Shown piece by piece: positions 12,481-23,028 of a stretch of 64,000 nucleotides of DNA. The DNA comes from Zygnema circumcarinatum SAG 698-1b (lineage: Eukaryota; Plantae; Zygnematophyceae). The notes under the pieces are model-generated. The model was not told where the DNA came from, made no database searches, and worked only from the letters and a program-made list of their open reading frames with translations. Position numbers and translations under genes: made by a program. The DNA is taken from NCBI GenBank assembly GCA_037447605.1, contig CM074819.1, positions 1,820,297-1,884,296 on the forward strand, written 5' to 3'. Each line of letters begins with the position of its first letter. Position 1 is the stretch's first letter.

Positions 12481-13508
12481 ATGACTATATCATCATTATT
12501 TTTTGTACAAGGTCATTGTCGGTGTGCTGTTTGTCGCGACATCAAGATACGAAGCCAGCGCGCCAAAGCCTGAAAAACAACAGAGTAATCATAATCACGG
12601 ATCATAGCGTCACAGAAACGACAAATAGATCCAAAGTTGATTTTTAGTGGTTTTGTGGAACGGAGAAGGGGGCATGAGCCCCCTTTCTCTGACGTCACGT
12701 CCTAATTGTGTCTGACGGCCGTACTGTCGTGAAGCGAGACGAGCGGTTCACTCGGTCGGGTCACCCCACGTTTGGCAACACGTGGCAGCATTCAATTGGT
12801 TGGCAGGACTGCCTGGCCCTTCCGTATTGTACCAATCCGTCGGTTAGCGAACCGCCGTCTAGCCGACGTACGGTGGACGAATGCTTACGACAAATAATGC
12901 GACACTTTCCTCGTGGTTCCCTATGCTAACTTGTCCCACCTGACGCAAACAGAGAAACATAATTGTGAGCCAAAATATCGCATATCCCCTTCGCGACAAA
13001 TTCCGCCGACGCAGGCAGTAACGCTGGCCGCTCATTCCTTCAAGCCTGCAACGGGCGCCACGTGGCGGTGAACGGAACCAATGATTACAGCAGGAGAGTC
13101 GTCCAAGAATGTGGCTGCCACGTGGCAGGGCCCGGACCAACGAGATGCCGCGCTGGCGTTTGTCGGCCAATGTTGGTCCGCCACGTGAGCCGACAATTTT
13201 AACTCGCCGCGTGTCGCGTAGCGCACCGACGCGGTTGGCCGCGGGCATGCGGCCGTTGATGGTGGCGTGACAGGCGTCACCTTGGGCTTTGCTACAAAGC
13301 GGGTCGGCGCCGACTCTCCCCTCATCCGCTCCCTCCCTCCTCTCTCAAGCTCTTCCTCTCTCTCTCTCCTCTCTGTCCCTCTCCCTCTCTCTCTCCTTTG
13401 CTCTCTCTCTCTCTCCCTCTCACTCTCTCTCTCCCTCCCCTCCCCCCTCTCTCTTTCTCTCTACTCTCTCTCTCTCTCTCTCTCCCTCCGCCTGCCCCCC
13501 TCGCGGCC

Positions 13509-15324
13509 ATGGCGCGGCTGGCTCTTCTGGCTCTGGCCGTGCTGGCGGGCGTGGCCCTGCGCGGGTCCGCCGCCTGCCCCGACTACGCCGCCAACAGCGG
13601 CTGCAACACGGGCTCGTGCGCCGCCGGCGGCCTCTCCGGCACCTTCGCGGTCAGTTCCGCCACGTGGCGCTCTCTCCCGCCGCGCATGGCCGCCGCGTGT
13701 TTTAAGGCAGACACTGACACGTGTCAAGCGGTGGGCTCCGCACGTGCTCGCAGGTGCCAGCGGACCTGGCCGGGCTGCTGAAGCTATACGGCGGGAGCCT
13801 GTCGTTTAGCGGCAGCATCGCGCTGAGCGGCTCGGGCGGCGAGAAGGTGAAGCTGGCGGCGCGCGGTTCGGCGGCGCAGTGCTGCGCGGCGTGCAAGGCG
13901 GCCTCCGCCTGCCGCTTCTGGCAGTGGCTCGACCTGTGCGAGCCCTCCCCCAGCCAACCCTCCAGATGCACCGTTGGCTTCAAGATTTGCTTTCTTTTGG
14001 TTTTTTCAAAGACAGCGCTTCAAGGTTCTTTTTGCCGCCGTGTCGGTAGCTGCTATTGTTTGGTTTATTCTCATGAAGTATTGGCGAGCGGAGGAGCGGT
14101 GCAGGAAGCAGTACGGGTCCACGGGCGGCGCGTGCTTCACCTACCTCGGGTCCACAGGCCCGCGCTGTGCGGGCGGCGACGGCGGCGGCCCGAGCAGCCA
14201 CGTGGGCGGCAAGTGCGTGGCGACGGTCAACGACGACCCGCACCTCGTGGGCGGCCACGGCACGCACTACGACTTCGCGGGCGCGCCCGGAAAGAGCTTC
14301 TGCCTCCTCTCCGACGCCGCGCTGCACCTCAACATGGAGCTCGCGGGGTACCTCGACGCGCGCACGGAGAGCGCCGCCGTCCTCCGCGGCGGCCGGGCGG
14401 TGCGGACGTGGATCCGCCGCCTGGGGCTGCTCTGGCGGGCGGGCGGCGCGGAGCACCGCCTGCTGCTCGCGGCGCGCGGAGGGAACCGCACCGCGCGGGG
14501 GGAGGGCTTCCTGGAGAGGGCGGAGCTCGGCGGCTACGCGCTGCCCCGCCTGCAGGTAGGTGGCTGCTGCCGCTCCTGCTTCCATGTTTTCTTGTCTTCT
14601 TCCTCCTTCTACGTGGATTTGAGGGAATTTCTTTCTTAATAGGTGCACGATTCGCGGCTCCTGCTTCAGTAAGCCTTCCGATTACTACAACATTCGCTGA
14701 CGGTTGCAAATTGTTGCGTGCAAACCCTAAAAACCAATTGGGCGCGACCAAGCAGGTCGGGGAGTCGCTGACGCTGGAGGGCGGGCTGACGATGGCGCTG
14801 GAGGCCGTCGAGGAGAGGGGCGCGCTCGAGGTCGACGTGTACCGCGTGCGCGTGGCGGACCTGCTCGACCTCGCCGTGCGCGTGCGCGTGGCGACCCCCC
14901 TCCTGCGCACGCGCGAGGACGCCATGGCGCACCTCAGCCTCGGCCTCAACGCCGTCAAGGTCCGCCCCCGCCGCCCCTCACGCACTTCGGGCTACCGTTC
15001 CGTTGCGCCCACCTACGAACGCGCGCATGGAATCAGCTGTTCTTTGCACCGTTCCTCACGGGTTCCCGTTGGGTTTTGTCGTTTTTGCTGCAGACAACCG
15101 CCGCCGTCCACGGCGTCCTCGGGCAGACCTACCGCGAGGGCCGCGAGGAGCGCTCCAAAGACCTCGCTGACGTGGCAGCGCTCCTCGGCCGCCACGTGGC
15201 GGCGGACAGCGACGAGGGGAAGGGCTTCCTGGACGGTGACGTCACCACAGATTATGTGACGTCCGACGTGATGTCAGCCGACTGCCACTTCAGCAAATAC
15301 GGACCCATCCCCTCCGTCGAGTGA
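13509..15324 (+). CDS. Secreted protein: signal peptide + PAN/apple-like Cys module + root-cap/LEA-type domain; exons 13509-13649, 13754-13935, 14105-14555, 14756-14959, 15094-15324
   Basis: Signal peptide MARLALLALAVLAGVALRGSAA; AQCCAACKAASACRFWQW...GACFTY; DDPHLVGGHGTHYDFAGAPGKSFCLLSDAALHLN, RTWIRRLG and VHGVLGQTYR match the plant root-cap family. All junctions are GT-AG and in phase. Confidence 0.85.
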
Positions 15325-15849
15325 AACTCTTAGAAGATGTTTAGATTTTGTGGTGCGCGTAATTTTGGATAACTCCATTCTTTCCATGTTTTTCTTCAAC
15401 ATTTGCATGACGATGCGTTTGTACCATGTTGTTAGGCTTCAAGTTGTCGAGTCGATTTGTTGGGAGCGTTGCTCTCCGCGTCTTGCGGATGTTAGCTTTA
15501 GGGTTGTGGGATTCCCCTCATTATGATAGGGCCACGTGGCGATCTTATGTTGGTAGGAGAAGGATTTGTAATCAATTAGTTCATTTTTTCATTTTAGTGA
15601 GCTGCGAAGAGATCATGAGAACAGTTTTACAAGTTGGTGTACTTGACGAGGTTAAATGTTGGCCTCCTGTAATGTTAGAAATTGCTCGGCTTTAAGGTCG
15701 GCCTTTTGGTCCGATTGGGTCGCTTTCATTCGTTTTGAAATATAAGAATGCTGTGAGGACTTTATTTGCTCACCTGTCGGTCTAATTCCCATGTTTGGTT
15801 TTATTGTCTACCTCCAAATTTCCTTCGCTCTTGTTCCTACCCGTTCCCT

Positions 15850-16365
15850 TTCGCTTCCCTACTCCCCATTCCCCTGCCCTTCCTCCCCCTCGCCCTCTCC
15901 TTCCTCCCCCTCTGCCTCCCCTTCCTCCCCCTCCCCCTCCCCTTCCTCCCCCTCTCCCTCCCTCCCCTTCCTCCCCCTCCCCCTCCCCTTCCTCCCCCTC
16001 CCCCTCCCCCTCCCCCTCCCCCTCCCCTCCCCTTCCTCCCCTCCCCTTCCTCCCTCCCCTCCCCCTCCCCCTTCCCATTCCTCCCCCTCTCCCTCCCCCT
16101 CCCCTTCCTCCCCCTCCCCTTCCTCCCCCTCCTTCCTCCCCCTCCCCCTCCCCTTCCTCCCCCTCCCCTTCCTCCCTCCCTCCCTCCCCTCCCCCTCCCC
16201 CTCCCCCTCCTTCCTCCCCCTCCCCCTCCCTTGCTCCCCCTCCCTTGCTCCCCCTCCCCCTCCCCTTCCTCCCCTTCCCCCACTCCTTCCTCCCCCTCCC
16301 CTTGCTCCCCCTCCCCCTCCCCTTCCTGCCCCTCCCCCTCCCCTTCCTCCCCCTCCCCCTCCCCT
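15850..16365. repeat. C-rich (CCCCT/CCCTT)n low-complexity block, G-quadruplex-prone on the minus strand
   Basis: About 500 bp almost purely C/T. Confidence 0.9.
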
Positions 16366-16815
16366 AAAAGACCATTAGAGCGTTTTTCAACTTCGGAATT
16401 CGACACTAAAAAAATGGGAAGACAGTGGCATTGAAGAAATACTTGTGTTTAGATCGCCCTCAAAAGTGTACATAGCGTATTGGGCGACCACACTAGACAC
16501 ATATTGTAGACCACCTAGTCAAACTCCCAAATTCAAAGCCAAAAGTTTGCCAGCGCCTCGACTACCACGCCCTGTTACACTTCATCCGTACAACCTTACA
16601 TTTCGCACGGAAACTGGAACTGAAAATGCCTTATTTTGGTTCGTCAATTTCCAACAAGCCTGTTCTCACACAAAAAGTACCAACACCCACATCGACCGTT
16701 CACACCATACCATGTTTCTGAGATTCATTCGATCCTGTTCACACGTTGTCCACAACTCCCCTGTCCCTTGGCTAATCTGACCTGCACGCTCCCTTCCATT
16801 CTCCCGCACTCTCCC

Positions 16816-16886
<71 letters not shown>

Positions 16887-16934
16887 CGCGACAGGCTGAA
16901 GAGTGACGACAGGCTGGGTTGCATTATGTCCCGT

Positions 16935-19900
16935 TCACCGCCTTCCAGAGGGTGGAAGAAGGGGCCGAGGAGAGGGGCGAGGAGGAGGGGGCCGAGAGCG
17001 GGGAGGAGGAAGGGGCGGAGGGGAGGGGCTTGGAGGGGGTGGTGAGGGCGGAGGGAGGGGAGGTATTGGAGAAGGGGAACCTGCAGTGATTCAGCACACT
17101 TTATGAGTTCCCGTTTATAATTAAGAGTGGACTCACTTCTTCATGGCTTTCTTACTATAATCAGAAAACATTCTTATAAATATATTGTGAGGATGCAAAA
17201 CAACAAATGAAAACCCTTCAGAATGACCTTAAAATTACTTTCAGTCTTCAAGCGAGTTGTTTCAACATCTATGTGCCTGCCACTCATGCAATCTGTCTCC
17301 ACCGAATATCAGATTCCTTCGTCATTTTTACGGCTCCGCAACATTCTGTTTTTGAAAAGCTGTGAGGTCAAACTCGCAGGCGAGCTAACTACTGCAGATG
17401 GAGACGAGGTATGCTGTGGCTTGGAGGGGATTCGGATGGGTCGAGAATATTGTCGAAAGCTAAAACATGTTATTGGAGCGGCCCTTTCGACACATCTTCA
17501 TCAAGCTCTGCACCATGTTCAGAATGAGCTTGCTTGCGTTTACCTAGTTATATTTTCGATGTGCTTCTAGATGTACCAGAATTGAACCACTTCTATTAGC
17601 AGCATCACATGGATCGCATCGAGAGTGCTCTAAATCAGCAATAGTTAGCCCATCGATAGCTCCCACCACCTCTGCCACGCTTTCCTCTGCTTTCCAAAGA
17701 GACCAAATTGCAACAAGTACAAGTTGAAACGTACCGGCCAATACGCATGTGCCATTTGCCAGCATATATCCTTTGTCGCATGCGCACGTGCCTGTGTAAT
17801 ACCCGCACGTGCCATGTCCCCCGCATGCTCCGCCGGGCTCATCGCTGTGGCAGAAGGCCGCGCACTCTTGCTGCGACCTCTGCCCTTGCGCTGTGCCGCA
17901 CATGTCAGTGCGGAGAATGCAGTTGTTGGTAAAGGGGTACACGACGGAGCAGGCGCGTTCCGGGTAGCGTTGCTTTGTGAAGTTGATTCGCGCGGAGAAG
18001 TAATTGTCCGCAATGTTCGCGTCATAAGCGTTGCCTGTCGCGAGAGGGATCGAGCCTGTCAACCTGTTGTTGTTCAAGTACCTGATGACATTGAGGGTGG
18101 CGCCACATTTTAGAGAGAGAAATGAGAGTTTGAGCTGAACGCATACAAGTCTTCCAGTGTCACAGCCACTGAAAACGAAAAACTATGAAACTGAAGGAAT
18201 GATATCGGTGCTCACAGAAAATTTAGTCTGGTGAGTTTACTGATGAAGCCGGACACTCTCCCCTCCAGTTTGTTGTCGCTCAAGTCCCTGCAAATAGACA
18301 TAAGGCCAACAAGCTCAAGGAAAGGGGTAAGTTTCGTTCTGAAGTGAAGTGAAGTTTGAATTATATCAGCCATGCATGCAACTCCACGTTTTGTAATCTG
18401 TGAAACTAAGGAAGATCCAAGAACTCTTTATTTGGATCCATAGATGTCCAAACAACTGTTCTGAAGTGAATATGCGCCAAAAAGGTAACTTTCTATCTTT
18501 ACGATATTCTCAGACGGAATTTTTCACGAACTTTCTAAAACCCTAAAAACCCCAAGAATCCTAAAAACCCTAAAACCCTAAAAACCTTAAAAACCCAAAA
18601 AACTGAGCTAGGAAGCGAGCATGCATTGGCTGTGTCCCCTTTCAAAAAGTTGCAATTATTTTCTGCAGTTCCATTTCTAATTAGAGAGCAACGTACTTAC
18701 AAGTATTGCAGATACGTAAGGTTGCCGAATGAATCCGGGATAGAGAACGATAGGGAATTATGATTCAATGCTCTGCAAAAAAAAAAAAAAAAGCGGCTTC
18801 ATGAGTTTGGCCGATGTTTGCAACAAAAAGATGAAATCATGTGAAAATAATTTTCAATCAAATGACGAGGAACGGAGTCCAGCACCTGCAATACGTCCGT
18901 CCGTGAACACGTGACGTGACATATTCAATACTTAAGCGGGTGCATGCATGCGCATGCATTGGTGGTCCCACTTCTTTGAAGGCTACATTGACTTTTTGCA
19001 CATCCATTTCAAANNNNNNNNNNTATATATATATATATTCCTGAAAATTTACGCGTGTGCTTATGTGGCCGAGCTAGGACGTGAGCACGCATTGGAAGCC
19101 CCACTTTTCTGACAGCAACATTGATATTTTGAACTTCAGTTCAAATAAGGGAAGGAACTACTTACAAGGTGTTCAGATTTGTAAGTTTGCCGATAGAATT
19201 CGGGATAGAACCCCATAGGAAATTATAATCCAATTGTCTGCAAAAAAAAAAAAAATGAACTTCACAAGTTTGGCCGAATGCTCAAGTAACGGAGTCAAGC
19301 AATTGCAATACGTCCGTAACCTTAAAAACCCTAAAAACCCTAAAGTTTAAGCGCGTGGAGGTGCAGCCGAGCTAGGACGCGAGCATGCCTTGGCAGCCAC
19401 ACTTCTCTAAACGCTGCATAAATTTCTGTACTTCTATTTCAGATAGGAGAACATCTACTTACACTTCTTGCAGATTCGAAAGGTTGCCGATAGAATCCGG
19501 GATAGAGCCCGATAGGGAATTATAATTTAAGTATCTACAAGAGAATCAAACGAAGGGATTAACGATTTTGACCGCAGTTCGCAGCAAAAAGCGGAATTCA
19601 TATGAGGAAAGAATGCTGAAGTGAATGCTGAGGAATGGAGTTGAGCAACTGAAAGCTGCATTCACTTTCTGCAATTTTATTATTACATAAGAGAAATAGA
19701 TACTTACAAGTTCTGCAGATTCACAAGGTTGCCGATAGAATACGGGATGAAGCCCGTTAGGAAATTACTCCACAAGTTTCTGCAAACAAAAAAAAGAGGC
19801 TTCACGAGTTTGGTCAAGTATTGCAGCGATTAAGCGGAACTCATGCGGAGAGAATGCTCAATTGAATGCTGAGCAACACGTGACGTGACATCCTGAACTC

Positions 19901-21352
19901 TAAGCTGTGCATGTGCCGCCGAGCTTGGACACGAATAACTAACTAATTACTAACTAACTAACACCTAAATTACTAACTACTAACTAACTTAGTATGCATT
20001 GGCAATGCCACTTCTCTGAAAACTGCATTCATTTTTTGCAATTCAGTCCTTCGTCTGGCATTTTGACCACTTTCATTTCATATTTAAGGGGAAACTGACA
20101 AGATCTGCAAATTCGCTAGGGTGCCTAAAAAACCCGTATCAAGCTCGTTAATGAACTAGATTGCAGAAAAAATGTCGCGAGTATGCGCAGGCCGGCCCTC
20201 CCTTCTCTTCAGGGTTCAGTGGTTCAGTGTTTTCTTACTAATTTAGTCCGTCAGCAACATCTGAGCCATCTCTAATTCAGTGAACTCGCAAACACGCATG
20301 AACACATCCATATGGAATGGAGCCACTCACAAATAGTTCAAATTTTGCAGGTCCCCGACAGCACGTGAAATGGTTCCTCCACATTTGTAGCTGGAAATGT
20401 CTCTGTATATGGGAGGCTACCATTGAGAAAGTCAGAAAAAAAGGGCTGCGGCAGCAGAAGGTTTTTCCTGCTTTCCTCCTCTGCTCCGGGCAGCCCTTTC
20501 TAGCGAGCTTCTGACGAGGCCTCTTCCCGCAGAACCCCTTCCCTTGCAGCCTCGGGATGCAGTGAGGCTGATGCAGTTCAGTCGCCATGAAAATCCATGG
20601 CACCCTCCAAATGACAAGGGGTGTTAAGTGAGGTTGAAGTTTACAGGCGAGTAACGCGACCGCTTGCGTCGCATGTGATCCCCTTCCAGGTGGAGCAGTC
20701 GCTGTTAGTCAAGTTCCAGGAGTCCAGTTTTGACACGTTGCGCAGCGCCGCCTTGACAGCGAGAAGAGCACGTCCTGCGCCCCAAACGAAAACGGCAGCA
20801 GGGTTCAAGCCGGGCCGGGCCAAGCTTCATAATCTGCAGAGGGACAGAATAGGCACTTCTGCCTCCCCCCTTCCATAGATTCTTCCTTCCTTCCCATAGA
20901 AAATCTCATTGTTTCTTTGCATGTTTGCCTCACGGTCCAGCGCGCGGCCCGGCCCTGCCCGGCGGCGGCGCTGGAGGGGGCGGGCGGGCCTCACTGTCGC
21001 TTAAGTCGATATTCGCGGCGGCGGCCTGGCGCGGGGCCGCAGCGGCGGCGAGTAGCAGCGCGAGGAGAAGGGCGAGCGCGAGGGAGGAAGAGGGAGAGGG
21101 AGAGGGAGAGGGAGAGGGAGAGGGAGAGGGAGAGGGAGAGGGAGAGGAGAGGGAGAGGGAGAGGGAGAGGAGAGGGAGAGGGAGAGGAGAGGGAGAGGGA
21201 GAGGAGAGGGAGAGGGAGAGGGAGAGGGAGAAGGAGAGGGAGAGGGAGAGGGAGAGGGAGAGGGAGAGGGAGAGGGGAGGGAGAGGGAGAGGAGAGGGAG
21301 AGGGAGAGGGAGAGGGAGAGGGAGAGGGAGAGGGAGAGGGAGTGGGCGCCAT
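16935..21352 (-). CDS. Extracellular LRR protein: hydrophobic leader, LRRNT cap, single-LRR exons, Cys-rich/EGF-like domain, Pro-rich tail; exons 21352-20995, 20774-20645, 20390-20331, (about 20155-20100 uncertain), 19779-19708, 19534-19463, 19237-19166, 18772-18701, 18287-18216, 18081-17735, 17080-16935
   Basis: SDRRALLAVKAAL...DSWNLTNSDCSTWKGITCDASGRVTRL (LRRNT); plant-type LRRs such as YLNYNSLSGSIPDSIGNLSNLQEV; CGGHGTCGYYTGTCACDKGY (EGF-like); last exon in phase gives [23 protein letters not shown]...GRR*. The terminal exon is the least certain. Confidence 0.8.
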
Positions 21353-21754
21353 GGCGCCGCGGGACGAAGGGGTGGAGGGCGTCGAGGGCGGGCCCGCGGC
21401 TGTGTATTGAACTCGCGCGCGGGCGGGCGGGAGGGAGGGAGGCTTCTAGGGGGAGAGGGTCCCACGTGGCGAGTTCTCATTCGTGCGGAAGGATGTTTTG
21501 GCCACATGGCGCGTCTTCATTTGCTGCAGGAATGCCTTCAAATTTTGCCTTCCGGGGCCGCCCTCTGCCCCGTCAGCTGCGGCGAGCAAAAAGTCGACGG
21601 CGGGACTTTCTGCCGGCCGGCCCGTTGAACCGGTTTAGAAAGCGGCCAGCGGCTGCCGGCCGGCCCGACTTGGAAAGTACCGTATGAAAAGGTACTCCGT
21701 GTTGCCAGTAATACTGGAAAACAATCAGCAAGGATAATCGGAGAGGGAGAGTTT

Positions 21755-22362
21755 GCGAAAGCGCGCATGGAACCGGCGGTTCTTTGGACCGTTTCTGAGG
21801 GGTTCCCGTCGGATTTTGTCGTTCTCGCTGCAGACAAGCGCCGCCGTTCACGGCGTCTTCGGGCAGACCTACAGCGAGGGCCGCGATGAGCGCTCCAAGG
21901 ACCTTGATGACGTGGCAGCGCTACTCGGCCGCCACGTGGCGGCGGACAGCGCCGAGTGGAAGGGCTTCCTGGACGGTGACGTCACCATGGATTGTGTGAC
22001 GTCATATGTGATGTCAGCAGACTGCCACTTCAGCAAATATGGACCCATCCCCTCCGAGTTTCACTCGTAGTAGATGTTTAGATTTTAGGTGCGTGAAATT
22101 TTGGATGGCTTCATTCTTTCCATGTCTTTGTTCAACATTTTCATGATGATGGGTTTGTACCATGTGGGTAGTCTTCAAGTTGTCTAAACGATTTGCTGGG
22201 AGCGTTGCTCCCCGTGTCTTGTGGAAGTAGCTTTAGGCTTGTGGGTTTTGCGTCGTTATGATAGTGCCACATGGCGAAGATATGTTTGTTGAAGAAGGAT
22301 TTGTATTGAATTAGTTCAGTTTTTCAAATTTTTTTTGTAAATTGCGAAGAGATCATGAGAAC
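21755..22362 (+). pseudogene. Orphan diverged copy of the last intron end, terminal exon and 3'UTR of the root-cap-domain gene (paralogous to about 15015-15621)
   Basis: TSAAVHGVFGQTYSEGRDERSKDL...SKYGPIPSEFHS*; acceptor CTGCAG retained; 3'UTR aligns up to GCGAAGAGATCATGAGAAC; no upstream exons nearby. Confidence 0.75.
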
Positions 22363-23028
22363 GCTGTCGATTTCGAACTTCCAAATGGTTACTTGGTTTC
22401 ATGTTTTCATGTTTTGGTTTTGTTGTAGACCAATGCCATTCATTGTGTCCATGGCATCTAGGGTTTGTGCGTGTTGTGTTGGTTCGACATGTGAATTTTC
22501 AAGTATATGGTTTTTTCCATGATATGGTCATGGTTGGTGCAACACCATCAACAAATCCTCAAACCATACAACGACCATCTATAAACTGTTCCACGCAACA
22601 ACACGAGCTCAATTTTGATAATTTGATCAACCGTTAAACTTCCCTACATGGAACTCCGTTTCTCCGAACTGAATGGCACTCTCTTCTCACGGCGAACGCT
22701 CCATGCACGGCAACCCAACTCATTGGTCACCCTTCCGAGTCTCTCAACCCTGAAACCTGAACCGTGGCTACATTACCGTACGGTCTTTAGGACCCTGAAC
22801 CCTGTACGGTACGGTACAGTACAGTATCTGGACGGTTAAAGTCCCTCCGTACGGTCCCTAAGGTCTAAGCCCTTTTCAGGGTTCAGAGACTTCAATACTT
22901 AAGAGGCTTCAGGGTTCAAGGCTGCGCTGCGAGCAAGTGCCACGTGTCGTGCAGCGAGTGGCGAGAGCCCCCCGGGGCGCCACGTGTCGTGCAACAAGTG
23001 GTGGAGAGGCCCTGGGGCGCCTCCTGAC

